DNA from: Candidatus Shapirobacteria bacterium
GTDB taxonomy: Bacteria; Patescibacteriota; Microgenomatia; UBA12405
NCBI GenBank assembly: GCA_022837635.1
Contig: JALHFY010000001.1
Span: forward strand, 317,693 to 381,692
DNA length: 64,000 bases
Direction: 5' to 3'
In this document: piece by piece, positions 30,035 to 39,715 of the stretch
Position numbering within the stretch: position 1 is the first letter of the stretch
How the letters are laid out: each line of letters starts with the position of its first letter
Made by a program: the position numbers and the translations under genes
The notes under the pieces: generated by a model
Told to the model about the DNA's origin: nothing
Databases searched by the model: none
What the model saw: only the letters and a program-made list of their open reading frames with translations

Positions 30035-32038
30035 TTAGAGAGATTCAATCTCTTTAATCTTATCTCTGATAATAATAGCTGATTCGAAGTCGAGGTTGGC
30101 GGCGCTGGAGCGCATTTCTTTTTTCAATTTACTGATATGGGCTTTACGTTGATTAGGAGTGAGAGAGGTAATATCGATATCTAAAAGAGGGGTGACCACG
30201 ATATCAGCCTTGGTATCTTCGATAAGTCGAGGACGAATTGATTTAACGATACTTTGGGGAGTAATGTTATGTTCTTTATTATATTTGATTTGAATCTGAC
30301 GACGACGATTGACCTCGGAAATAGCTGACTTCATGGCCGGAGACAAAGTGTCGGCATAAAGAAGGACTTCACCGGAGACATGACGGCTAGCCCGGCCCAT
30401 AATTTGAATCAGAGAAGAACGGGAACGTAAAAAACCTTGGGAGTCGGCATCTAAAATAGCGACTAATGAAACTTCGGGTAAATCCAAACCTTCACGTAAT
30501 AGATTAATACCCACTAAGACATCAAAATCCCCGCCTCTGAGCTGATCCAAAATCTCGGTTCTTTTGAGAGTATCAATATCTGAATGCAAATAAGCGACTT
30601 TGAGAGGAGTGCCTGTTTTTTGAGGATTTGAAAGATAAGCAGTGAGTTCTTCGGACATTTTTTTAGTGAGAGTAATAACCAGAGTTCGTTCCTTTTTAGC
30701 AATTCGTTTTTTAATTTCTTCGATTAAATCGGGAATTTGACCTCGACTGGGACGAATGGTGACAGGGGGATCTAGAAGACCGGTAGGACGGATAATCTGT
30801 TCAACCACTTGATTTTGGGAATCTTTGATTTCAAATTCCGCCGGAGTGGCGGAAACATAGATAGCTTGGGGAATACGGGCATAAAATTCTTCCCATCGCA
30901 GAGGACGATTGTCATAGGCACTTTTAAGACGAAAGCCATAGTCAACCAAAGTTTTTTTGCGAGCAGTGTCACCAACACTCATACCGCCAATCTGGGGAAT
31001 AGTCACATGAGACTCGTCAATGACTGTTAAGAAATTATCCCCATACAGATGGTGAAAATAATCAATCAGAGTGTAAGGAGGATCACCAGTTTGACGACCT
31101 GTTTCAAAATAAATAGAATAGTTTTCGATACCATTGACGTAACCAATTTCTGCCAGCATTTCCATATCATAATCGACTCTTTGGCGGAGACGATGCGCCT
31201 CTAAAAGTTGACCTCGGTCCTCAAAGGCTTTAGATTCAACAACAGCATCAGCCTTGATTTTTTTGATAATTTCCTGAAGATTCGGCCCGGAAGCACCAAC
31301 AAATTGTTTACCGGGAAATAAAAGATAGTTTTGTAGTTCAAATTGATGATTGCTAAAAGGATTGCGTTCAGAAATACTTTGGATTTTGCCGACGGTATCC
31401 ATTTCAACGACCAAAATCCAATCGGCATAGGAGGGCCAAATTTCCAAAGTTTCACCGCGAAGACGAAATTGTCCCCGGGCAAATTCCATTTGAGAACGGG
31501 TGTAAAAAATAGAGACCAATTCTTCTAAAAGTTGGCGCCGGTTCCAAGTGTCACCAATCTTAAAATTAATGGTTTTACCGCTAAAATCTCGAGGATCACC
31601 GATATTGTAAATACAGGAAACTGAGGCAACGACAATATTATCAGAACCGGAAAACAAGTTTGAGGTGGCTTCTAAACGGAGCTTGTCAATTAAATCGTTA
31701 ATTTCCACTTCTTTGGCGATATAAGTATCGGAGGCTGGCAGATAAGATTCGGGTTGATAATAATCATAGTAAGAAACAAAATAAGAAACTTTGTTGTCGG
31801 GAAAAAGTTCTTTGAATTCTTGATAAAGTTGAGCGGCCAGGGTTTTGTTGTGAGAGATGACTAAAGTAGGTAAATTACTTTTTTGAATAACATTGGCAAT
31901 GGTAAAGGTTTTACCGGAACCGGTAACTCCCAAAAGAGTTTGCTTCTTTTTACCTTGAACCAGACCCTGACTGAGAGCCTCAATAGCTGCCGGTTGGTCA
32001 CCGGCAGGAGTCATAGTGGAAACTAATTTAAAAGACAC
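30035..32038 (-). CDS. uvrB: Excinuclease ABC subunit B
   Basis: GVTGSGKT helicase motif I, beta-hairpin region, C-terminal UVR domain; 667 aa. Confidence 0.95.
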   Translation of the reverse strand: MSFKLVSTMTPAGDQPAAIEALSQGLVQGKKKQTLLGVTGSGKTFTIANVIQKSNLPTLVISHNKTLAAQLYQEFKELFPDNKVSYFVSYYDYYQPESYLPASDTYIAKEVEINDLIDKLRLEATSNLFSGSDNIVVASVSCIYNIGDPRDFSGKTINFKIGDTWNRRQLLEELVSIFYTRSQMEFARGQFRLRGETLEIWPSYADWILVVEMDTVGKIQSISERNPFSNHQFELQNYLLFPGKQFVGASGPNLQEIIKKIKADAVVESKAFEDRGQLLEAHRLRQRVDYDMEMLAEIGYVNGIENYSIYFETGRQTGDPPYTLIDYFHHLYGDNFLTVIDESHVTIPQIGGMSVGDTARKKTLVDYGFRLKSAYDNRPLRWEEFYARIPQAIYVSATPAEFEIKDSQNQVVEQIIRPTGLLDPPVTIRPSRGQIPDLIEEIKKRIAKKERTLVITLTKKMSEELTAYLSNPQKTGTPLKVAYLHSDIDTLKRTEILDQLRGGDFDVLVGINLLREGLDLPEVSLVAILDADSQGFLRSRSSLIQIMGRASRHVSGEVLLYADTLSPAMKSAISEVNRRRQIQIKYNKEHNITPQSIVKSIRPRLIEDTKADIVVTPLLDIDITSLTPNQRKAHISKLKKEMRSSAANLDFESAIIIRDKIKEIESL

Positions 32039-32124
32039 AGCTATATTTTAACAAATTTTCGGGTATTGTTTGGGTAAAAATCACCCTTGATTTTTGTATG
32101 AAAAATATTCATATTTAAGTAATA

Positions 32125-33660
32125 ATGCTTACTAAAATTTTAAGTGTCGCCAATTTAGGTTTACAGGCTCTAGAAATCGAATGTGAGGTTAATGTGGCTG
32201 CCAAGGGATTTCCGGCTTTTACAATTGTAGGCTTAGCCAGTAAGGCGGTGGAGGAAGCCAGGGAAAGAGTTAAAACAGCAATTATTAACAGTGACATGGA
32301 ATTTCCTTTGGCCAAAATTACCGTTAATTTAGCACCGGCAGATTTACCCAAGGATGGGGCTTGTTATGATTTACCCATTGCTATGGGGATATTGTCCTCA
32401 AGCAATCAAATTGATTTGGGAGAAGAAAAGGTTTATTTTTTTGGAGAACTGTCGCTGGATGGAACTTTACGGCATTGTCGGGGGGTGTTTTTACTGGCCA
32501 TATTGGCTAAAGAAAAAGGGGTGAAAAAAATTTTTGTACCAAGATTGTGTGCTAATGAAGCCGCGGTAGTTGAGGGAATCGAGGTGTTTCCGGTGGACAA
32601 TCTGAAAGAAGTGATTGCTCATTTTAGAGGAGAAAAGAAAATAAGACCTTTGAAAAAAATTGAGAGTGAAGAATTGTTGGAAAATATGAGAGTACAGTTT
32701 GATTTTTCCGAAATACTGGGACAAAATTCAGCTAAAAGAGCTTTGGAAATTGCTGCCGCCGGAGGCCACAATGTTTTTCTAATGGGTCCACCGGGAAGCG
32801 GGAAAACAATGTTATCACGGGCATTGCCGGGAATATTACCACCATTAAGTGAAGCCGAAAGTTTAGAGGTGACTAAAATTTACTCAATTACCGGCAATAT
32901 TGCCCCAGGATCGTCAATTATCAGAGAGCGACCTTTTCGAAGTCCGCATCACACCACTTCACAAATTGGATTGATTGGTGGAGGCAGTAATCCCCGACCG
33001 GGAGAAATAACTTTGGCTCATCGAGGGGTGTTGTTTATCGATGAATTTCCGGAATTATCCAGAGGCAGTTTGGAGGCATTAAGACAACCAATGGAAGATG
33101 GCTATGTGAGCATCTCTCGAGCGGCCGGATCGGTAACCTTTCCCTGTCAGTTTATGTTGGTGGCGGCGGCTAACCCCTGTCCTTGTGGTTTTTTAGGTGA
33201 CAGTAAAAAAGAATGTCGCTGTAATGTACATCAAATCGCTAATTACCAGAAAAAATTATCAGGACCAATTATGGATAGAATTGATATTCATTTAACAGTA
33301 CCGGCGGTGGATGTAAACCAGCTAATGATTAATAAGGAAAATATTAAAAGTGAAAAGAGTGAGGAGATTAGAAAAAGAGTAGTGGCGGCCAGAGAAATAC
33401 AAAGACAGAGATTTTTGAAAATTGAAGGTGTTTATAGTAATGCAGATATGAAAAATAAACACTTAAAAGAGTTAGCTAAACTGGATGACAAGGCCAATAT
33501 ATTATTAAAAATGGCGGTAAATAAATTTAATTTATCGGCCAGAACTTATTTTAGATTAATCAAAGTATCTCGAACGATCGCCGATTTAGATAACAGTGAA
33601 ATTATTCTAGATAAACACGTAGCTGAAGCATTGCAATATAGAGTTAAACATGAGGATTAA
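32125..33660 (+). CDS. comM: YifB/ComM family Mg-chelatase-like AAA+ ATPase
   Basis: N-terminal Lon-protease-like (S5 fold) domain, GPPGSGKTM Walker A, C-terminal Mg-chelatase ChlI-like region. Confidence 0.85.
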   Translation: MLTKILSVANLGLQALEIECEVNVAAKGFPAFTIVGLASKAVEEARERVKTAIINSDMEFPLAKITVNLAPADLPKDGACYDLPIAMGILSSSNQIDLGEEKVYFFGELSLDGTLRHCRGVFLLAILAKEKGVKKIFVPRLCANEAAVVEGIEVFPVDNLKEVIAHFRGEKKIRPLKKIESEELLENMRVQFDFSEILGQNSAKRALEIAAAGGHNVFLMGPPGSGKTMLSRALPGILPPLSEAESLEVTKIYSITGNIAPGSSIIRERPFRSPHHTTSQIGLIGGGSNPRPGEITLAHRGVLFIDEFPELSRGSLEALRQPMEDGYVSISRAAGSVTFPCQFMLVAAANPCPCGFLGDSKKECRCNVHQIANYQKKLSGPIMDRIDIHLTVPAVDVNQLMINKENIKSEKSEEIRKRVVAAREIQRQRFLKIEGVYSNADMKNKHLKELAKLDDKANILLKMAVNKFNLSARTYFRLIKVSRTIADLDNSEIILDKHVAEALQYRVKHED

Positions 33661-33665
33661 GTTCT

Positions 33666-34019
33666 ATGAAAACACAAAATTATAAAAAGGGTAAAGAGGG
33701 TGAGGAGGAGGCGTTGAAATATTTGGAAAATAAAAATTATGTTTTAGTAGAAAAAAATTTTCAAAATGATTTGGGAGAAATTGATTTAATCATGACTGAT
33801 AATGAGTGGTTGGTATTTGTGGAAGTGAAATATAAACATGACGATATTCTGGGACTACCGGAAGAAATGATAGGTAAAAATAAATTGGCTCAAGTGAGAA
33901 GAGTGGCGGAAAGTTACTTGGTACAAAGGAAAGAAGTGGTGAAAAATTTTGAAAAATACAGAATTGACGGGGTTTGTATTTTAGCTCAGGAAATTAGACA
34001 TTATGTCAATTTGGAATAA
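33666..34019 (+). CDS. yraN: YraN family (UPF0102) predicted endonuclease
   Basis: GEEEALKYLE..GEIDLIM..VFVEVKY motif pattern. Confidence 0.75.
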   Translation: MKTQNYKKGKEGEEEALKYLENKNYVLVEKNFQNDLGEIDLIMTDNEWLVFVEVKYKHDDILGLPEEMIGKNKLAQVRRVAESYLVQRKEVVKNFEKYRIDGVCILAQEIRHYVNLE

Positions 34020-34025
34020 ATAGCA

Positions 34026-34898
34026 ATGAATAATTTCAGGAAATGGGAAATTAAAAAGATTGATAAAAAAGATTTTCCACCACAACTAAAAGTTATTAAA
34101 AATTGTCCGGAATTTTTATATTATCGAGGCAATTGGGACAATAAAATTTTTGAAAAAAGTTTGGCGGTGGTGGGTAGTCGGAGAATGAGTCGATATGGAC
34201 AGGAGATAAGTAAAAAAATGGTCAGTGAATTGGCGGTTCAAAAAATATCGATAATTTCCGGATTTATGTATGGAGTAGACACTCAATCGCATTTAAGTGC
34301 TTTGGAAATGGGAGGGATTACCATTGCAGTTTTAGGAGGTGGTCTGAATGTATTGACACCTCCAGAAAATGAAAAATTATACTGGCAGATATTAGAGAAC
34401 AAAGGTTTAATTATTTCTGAATATGAAAAAGATTTTCAACCAACTCTGTGGAGTTTTCCTCAGAGAAACAGAATCGTGTCGGGATTATCAAGTTTAGGAA
34501 TATTGGTAGTGGAAGCAGGATTAAAATCGGGTTCTTTGGTGACAGCTAGAATTGCCAGAGAACAAGGTAAAAAAGTGTGGGCAATTCCGGGACAAATTGG
34601 TTGTAGTGTAGCTGAGGGAACTAATTATTTGATTAAAAATAATTTGGCTAAAATGGTGACAGAAAGTGGAGATATTTTTAAAAAATCTTCAAAAACAAAT
34701 CAAGAGGTGATTTTTGAAAGTCTGGATCCATTAGAAAATTTAATTTTAAAAGAATTAAAAGTTGAGGCTTTATCCATGGACGAATTGTCAATAAAAAGTG
34801 GAGTAGATGTTGTTCAATTAAGTACTAAAATTTCGATGATGGCTTTGGAAGAAAAAGTAGTTGAAGAGAATGGTAAAGTCTATCTTAATTCTGTTTAA
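34026..34898 (+). CDS. dprA: DNA processing protein DprA (Smf)
   Basis: LAVVGSRRMSRYG...ISGFMYGVDTQSHL...RNRIVSGLS Rossmann-like DprA core. Confidence 0.85.
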   Translation: MNNFRKWEIKKIDKKDFPPQLKVIKNCPEFLYYRGNWDNKIFEKSLAVVGSRRMSRYGQEISKKMVSELAVQKISIISGFMYGVDTQSHLSALEMGGITIAVLGGGLNVLTPPENEKLYWQILENKGLIISEYEKDFQPTLWSFPQRNRIVSGLSSLGILVVEAGLKSGSLVTARIAREQGKKVWAIPGQIGCSVAEGTNYLIKNNLAKMVTESGDIFKKSSKTNQEVIFESLDPLENLILKELKVEALSMDELSIKSGVDVVQLSTKISMMALEEKVVEENGKVYLNSV

Positions 34899-36025
34899 AG
34901 ATAGGCACCCCAGTTGCTGATGGGAGCGGTGTTACCGATAACAAAATTAATAGCGTATAAAATAACAGCGGGAATTAACAGATAAAAAAGAAGACGATTG
35001 TTGGGTTTGGTAATTTTCTTAGCAAAGGCTAAAAAGACAAAAGGATACACTGGGGCCAGATAACGACTGACATCACGATGAGCCACCATAACTGTAGCCA
35101 AGGTAAAAAGAAGAGGGAAAATAAAAACAATATCACGGGAATATTTTTTCCAAAGTTTTTTGAGAGCAAAAAAACTCAGAGCGAAAATATAAATCACATC
35201 CTCAAGCCAGATGGTATTGATCCAAGAGCGAGTGCTGACGAAAACCTGATAAGGAAAAGGAGTCAGGTGGATATTGTCACCGGAGTTAAAATAGGCCCAA
35301 AAGTCCCCTATTTGTAAATAGTAGAGGTAAAAAATACCCAGAGCTGATAGTGGTACCAAGAGATAATAAAGATAATTTAAGTTGATTTTTTTAGTTTTGA
35401 TAAATTCAAATAAAGCGACTAGGCCATAGGCGGCAAAAAGTAAAATACCCGGGCTTTTTAAGAGTTGGACTAAAACAGCCAATAGAGCAGAAATGAAATA
35501 TTTCTTTTTTTTGAAAAATAAAATGGAGAGTAAAATGAAACTCAAAAACCAGGTTTCGGGAGCGCCGACCAGACGTAAAACAAAAAGCCGGGGTGGAAAG
35601 AAAATCATTAAAAGAGCCGTGTAAAAAGCCACTTTTTCCTTGAAAAACAATTTAAAGAAATAGTAAGAGGAAAGAGTTAGTAAGACAGAACCAAAAACAC
35701 AAGAAAGAAGCAGGGCTTTGGGAGTACTGCTACTGATGAAAGAAAAAAGTTTGATAATGAGTGGATAACCGGGAAGATGGGCGGGATAATATTCCAAAGG
35801 GAGAGGTAAAGAGTAGTTATAGCGAATACAATCTTTGTTATAACCACACTTGGCGATAATCATGTAGTTAGGACCGTCATAGTTGGCATAAATGGTTTCT
35901 AAGTTGGTTTCAGGAAAAGCCAATTTTTGGGGTAAATTTTTGTAAAAAGCCAGATAAAAAAATAAAGAACAACATAAAGTAATCAGGGTTAAAAGAATTT
36001 GGGATTTATATTTGCTAAAATTCAT
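34895..36025 (-). CDS. Polytopic membrane protein, possible GT-C type mannosyltransferase (DUF2029/PIG-V-like)
   Basis: 376 aa, about 10 TM helices, HLPGYPLII loop motif; assignment tentative. Confidence 0.4.
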   Translation of the reverse strand: MNFSKYKSQILLTLITLCCSLFFYLAFYKNLPQKLAFPETNLETIYANYDGPNYMIIAKCGYNKDCIRYNYSLPLPLEYYPAHLPGYPLIIKLFSFISSSTPKALLLSCVFGSVLLTLSSYYFFKLFFKEKVAFYTALLMIFFPPRLFVLRLVGAPETWFLSFILLSILFFKKKKYFISALLAVLVQLLKSPGILLFAAYGLVALFEFIKTKKINLNYLYYLLVPLSALGIFYLYYLQIGDFWAYFNSGDNIHLTPFPYQVFVSTRSWINTIWLEDVIYIFALSFFALKKLWKKYSRDIVFIFPLLFTLATVMVAHRDVSRYLAPVYPFVFLAFAKKITKPNNRLLFYLLIPAVILYAINFVIGNTAPISNWGAYL

Positions 36026-36044
36026 CTACTCTATTGTACATCAT

Positions 36045-36116
36045 GGCCCCATCGTCTAGCGGTTAGGACAGCAGGTTCTCATCCTGCTAACCGGGGTTCG
36101 ATTCCCCGTGGGGTCA
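36045..36116 (+). tRNA. tRNA-Glu (anticodon CTC), no encoded CCA
   Basis: Cloverleaf folded by hand: acceptor GGCCCCA/TGGGGTC, anticodon stem GCAGG/CCTGC with loop TTCTCAT, T-arm CGGGG-TTCGATT-CCCCG. Confidence 0.8.
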
Positions 36117-36132
36117 CAAAAAACCTATAATA

Positions 36133-36161
36133 TTGAAAATTGTGCTGGTTTGGTGTATAAC
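36133..36161 (+). promoter_or_regulatory. sigma70-like promoter TTGAAA - 17 nt - TATAAC ending 8 nt before the ATG of the small ORF 36170..36397 (leaderless-type)
   Basis: -35 at 36133-36138, -10 at 36156-36161. Confidence 0.4.
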
Positions 36162-36169
36162 TGTGGTAT

Positions 36170-36397
36170 ATGTCACTAGAAAAAGCAATAGGTGTTCAAC
36201 CGGTTTGTAAAATTTGCAATTGGAAAGGTCAAATTTATAGAATAGATGTTGAAGGGAGTTTGGAGTTTGCTGGGTTATCCGCGATTATTGAGTCCAGATT
36301 AGTTCATGGTGGAGAAACAGGACACGCAGACATTGAATGTCTGTCAATTTATGAAGAGGTTCCTGAACTAACTAAAAAGGCATTTCGTCGGGGATGA
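36170..36397 (+). CDS. Small hypothetical protein (75 aa)
   Basis: ORF preceded by a well-spaced promoter; 3' end overlaps the convergent ssb by 26 nt; no recognisable motif. Confidence 0.4.
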   Translation: MSLEKAIGVQPVCKICNWKGQIYRIDVEGSLEFAGLSAIIESRLVHGGETGHADIECLSIYEEVPELTKKAFRRG

Positions 36398-36827
36398 CGA
36401 TATCTTCGACTTTATCCTCAGTAACTGCAGTTTCAGATTCAGCAGGTGGAATATTGTCTTCTGTTGGAGCCTCTTCAGATGATCCTTCGGCAGATGGTCT
36501 GTTGGTAAAAGGGACAACAGTATCGGCAATAATTTCACTGATATATCTTTTAGTACCATCTTTGGCATCATATTGGCGATTATCAATACGACCAGTCAAG
36601 GAAATTCTCATACCCTTTTTAACAACTCCACTAATATATTCTGCCTGTTTACCCCAAACTACAATATTATGAAAGGTGGGAACATCAGTCCATTGATCAT
36701 CTTTTTTAATGGAATGATTGGTAGCCACCCCAAAACTGCAAACAGCAGTGCCAGAGGGAGTGTAACGAAGTTCAGGATCGCGAGTAACATTGCCGGTAAT
36801 CACGGCCATATTAATACTAAAAGCCAT
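36372..36827 (-). CDS. ssb: Single-stranded DNA-binding protein
   Basis: OB-fold N-terminus, Gly/Pro/acidic linker and acidic C-terminal tail ...DIVIPDEMPF. Confidence 0.9.
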   Translation of the reverse strand: MAFSINMAVITGNVTRDPELRYTPSGTAVCSFGVATNHSIKKDDQWTDVPTFHNIVVWGKQAEYISGVVKKGMRISLTGRIDNRQYDAKDGTKRYISEIIADTVVPFTNRPSAEGSSEEAPTEDNIPPAESETAVTEDKVEDIVIPDEMPF

Positions 36828-36882
36828 ATTTATTGATTAAAAAGTAATAAGTATAGTTTATACCATGACAGGTATTTATATA

Positions 36883-37980
36883 CTAAGGGAGTTCTAGATA
36901 TTGTTTAATATCTTCAAAATTCCCCTCGCCTGCCTTGGGGATTAAAATAGACTGACGGTCGGAAGAGACTGAAGCTTTAAGTAAATTTTGATCACTGATT
37001 GGTAGAGAGTTGATTTTATATTTAGTAAATTCGGGAGCCCTCAGGAGATATTTTTCCATACTATTTTCATCCAAGTCAGTGGTAATGTGGGCACTGAGAG
37101 TGTTAACAACGGGGATAATTTTGCCAAAAAAATTAAGAGATAAGACTTTATTTTTAACGGCTTCAATCACTAATTTTTGACGCTGGGAGCGGTTAAAATC
37201 GCCACCGTCGGTGGGTGAGTGACGGGAACGGGCAAATTTAAGAGCGGTAACTCCATTCATATGTTGTAAACCACGATCGAAATGAAGATTTTCGTAACGA
37301 CAAGGGAATTCTCTTTCTAATTTTTCCCCGGACATAGTGGCAGTTAGAGCCGCAACCTCCTCGTCACTTTTACCACAGTTGTCATAAGTATCACCCACAC
37401 CAACTTCGATGGGATAATAGGGGTCGTCAAAACTGCGAGCCACTGAGACATCAATCCCACCAAGCTTATCAACAACTTTAATAAAGGCGGTAAAATCAAT
37501 GGCGATAAAGTAATCAGGCATAATACCGGTAACTTGAGAAACAGTTTTTTTAGCCAACTCTCCCCCGCCAGCCGGACCGGTAAACTCAGAGTATTTTTCC
37601 GGATAACGACGATTATCAAGACCAACTGTATAAAAACTATTAATTTTAGCGGAGTGAGTCGCGGTATCGCTAATCGGAATAGAAACCCACAAATCTCTGG
37701 GGATGGAAATTAAATCAACACTTTCAAGTTTCGGATTAACTCTGGCGAGAATTATAGAATCAGTCAGAAACGGTCCTTCATGGCCAAGACCACCGAAACC
37801 TAAAAGTAAGATAGAAAAAGAACGATCAGGATCGGGGGTGGGAGTCACAGTAGGGGTAATAATTTCATGACGATTGGGTACCACCACCATTTTTTTATAT
37901 TGAGAACTGAGGTAAAAATAGGCTAGCAGAGGTAAAAGGAGCGCCAAAAAAATGGCTAAAATTAGGTATTTTTTGTTCAT
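36883..37980 (-). CDS. LytR-CpsA-Psr (LCP) family protein, second copy
   Basis: N-terminal TM; ILLLGFGGLGHEG..TDSIILARV..SIPRDLW. Confidence 0.75.
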   Translation of the reverse strand: MNKKYLILAIFLALLLPLLAYFYLSSQYKKMVVVPNRHEIITPTVTPTPDPDRSFSILLLGFGGLGHEGPFLTDSIILARVNPKLESVDLISIPRDLWVSIPISDTATHSAKINSFYTVGLDNRRYPEKYSEFTGPAGGGELAKKTVSQVTGIMPDYFIAIDFTAFIKVVDKLGGIDVSVARSFDDPYYPIEVGVGDTYDNCGKSDEEVAALTATMSGEKLEREFPCRYENLHFDRGLQHMNGVTALKFARSRHSPTDGGDFNRSQRQKLVIEAVKNKVLSLNFFGKIIPVVNTLSAHITTDLDENSMEKYLLRAPEFTKYKINSLPISDQNLLKASVSSDRQSILIPKAGEGNFEDIKQYLELP

Positions 37981-37983
37981 GAA

Positions 37984-39360
37984 TTAAGAGCGAATTAAAG
38001 CCAAAACTTCGTCACGCTTGGTAGCCATTAGTTCAGGTGAATCGGCCTCAAGATTGAGTCGGAGTAAAGGTTCGGTATTGGAAGAACGAACATTAAAACG
38101 CCAATCCCCCATTTCAAAGGTAACGCCATCCATGTATTCAATGGGGGCTATGGCCTGGGGACCATAAGTGTTTTCTAATTTTTTCAAAACGGCAGTGGCA
38201 TCAGCCACAGTAGAATTAATTTCACCGGAAATATGGTACTTTTGGCTCATATGGTCAACAATTTCTTCCAAGGGGACCGAAGTATGAGACAGGAAATCCA
38301 GAAGATAGACAAAGGTGGTTAAGCCGGTATCACAGAGGAAAAAATCTTTGAAGTAGTAATGACCAGAGACTTCACCGCCAAAATAGGCATTTTCCGCTTT
38401 CATACGAGCTTTGATATGAGTATGACCAACACGGTTGGCGAGAGCTTTACCACCATTTTTATTGATAGTCTCGGGAACAACTTTAGAAGCGCGAATATCA
38501 TAGACAATGGCACAACCAGGATAACGCTTGAGAAAATATTCGGATAAAATAGCGGTCATGAAATCACCGGAAATAAAACGACCTTTTTTATCGATCACAA
38601 AAAAACGATCACCATCTGGATCAAACATAATCCCTAAATCAGCTTTAATTTCAGGGACTTTCTTTTGAATTTCTTCCCTGTTTTCGGCTAAAAGTGGGTC
38701 TCCGCCGTGATTGGGGAAATTACCGTCCACTTCCCAATACATTTTAATAAACTCGACTTGAGGAATTTTTTTGGAGAGGATTTCTAGGAAAGGACCAACC
38801 ATGCCATTGGCAGTGTCGGCGACAATTTTCATGGGTTTAATTTGAGAGAGATCGACTAAAGAAGCGACATAATCAACAAATTCTTGTTTAATGTCTTCTT
38901 GTTTTACGGTGCCGGGATTGGGGCTGTCAGCAGGTAAATCATCACTTAAAATCCATTCTTTAATTTCCTTGATACCGGCTTCACCTGATAACAATTCAGG
39001 GATTTTTTTAACCATTTTGAAACCAGTATATTGTTTAGGATTGTGGCTGGCAGTGACGGAAACACCGGGAAGATCGCGAGTTTGACAAGCGTAATAAAAA
39101 GAATCTGTAGAAGCTAAATCAATATCCAAAACATTGACACCAACTTTAGTTAAACCGGTAATTAGAGCATTTTTCATAGATTCACCAGAAATACGACCAT
39201 CACGAGCTACCAGAACTTGGTTGGGAAAATTCAAATATTTAGCAAAAGCTCGACCGATTTTTTCGGCTAAAGCTTCATCAGCCTGATCAGGATAAATGGC
39301 CCGGATATCATAAGATTTGAAAATAGAGGTATCTAGATTGGTCATATTAAAGAATAACAC
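37984..39360 (-). CDS. Phosphomannomutase/phosphoglucomutase
   Basis: Active-site GVSVTASHNP, metal-binding DGDGDR-like FDPDGDR, 458 aa. Confidence 0.85.
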   Translation of the reverse strand: MLFFNMTNLDTSIFKSYDIRAIYPDQADEALAEKIGRAFAKYLNFPNQVLVARDGRISGESMKNALITGLTKVGVNVLDIDLASTDSFYYACQTRDLPGVSVTASHNPKQYTGFKMVKKIPELLSGEAGIKEIKEWILSDDLPADSPNPGTVKQEDIKQEFVDYVASLVDLSQIKPMKIVADTANGMVGPFLEILSKKIPQVEFIKMYWEVDGNFPNHGGDPLLAENREEIQKKVPEIKADLGIMFDPDGDRFFVIDKKGRFISGDFMTAILSEYFLKRYPGCAIVYDIRASKVVPETINKNGGKALANRVGHTHIKARMKAENAYFGGEVSGHYYFKDFFLCDTGLTTFVYLLDFLSHTSVPLEEIVDHMSQKYHISGEINSTVADATAVLKKLENTYGPQAIAPIEYMDGVTFEMGDWRFNVRSSNTEPLLRLNLEADSPELMATKRDEVLALIRS

Positions 39361-39382
39361 AAGAATAGTGTTAAAATTAGCT

Positions 39383-39715
39383 ATGAAATTAATAAATTAT
39401 GATGACTTTGCTAAAGTAGAATTTAGAGTTGGTGAAATTAAAGAAGCAAAAGTAGTGGAAGAATCGAAAAAATTGATTAGGATGGTAGTAGATTTTGGAA
39501 AAGAATTAGGAGAAAGAATAGTTTTTTCGGGAATTAGAAAATGGTATCAACCAGAGGACCTTATCAATAAAAAAACGGTATTTGTGGTTAATTTGCCTCC
39601 TAAAAAAATTATGGAGGAAGAGAGTCAGGCAATGATTTTTGGAGCTGAAAACGGAGATGATATGTCTATTTTGCTATTAGATAATGATTTGAAAAATGGA
39701 AGTAAGGTATTTTAA
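39383..39715 (+). CDS. tRNA-binding domain protein (CsaA/Trbp111-like, MetRS C-terminal domain-like)
   Basis: FAKVEFRVGEIKEAKVVEESKKLIRMVVDFG...VVNLPPKKIM pattern; start moved to ATG 39383 (longer ORF from 39317 overlaps divergent neighbour). Confidence 0.7.
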   Translation: MKLINYDDFAKVEFRVGEIKEAKVVEESKKLIRMVVDFGKELGERIVFSGIRKWYQPEDLINKKTVFVVNLPPKKIMEEESQAMIFGAENGDDMSILLLDNDLKNGSKVF

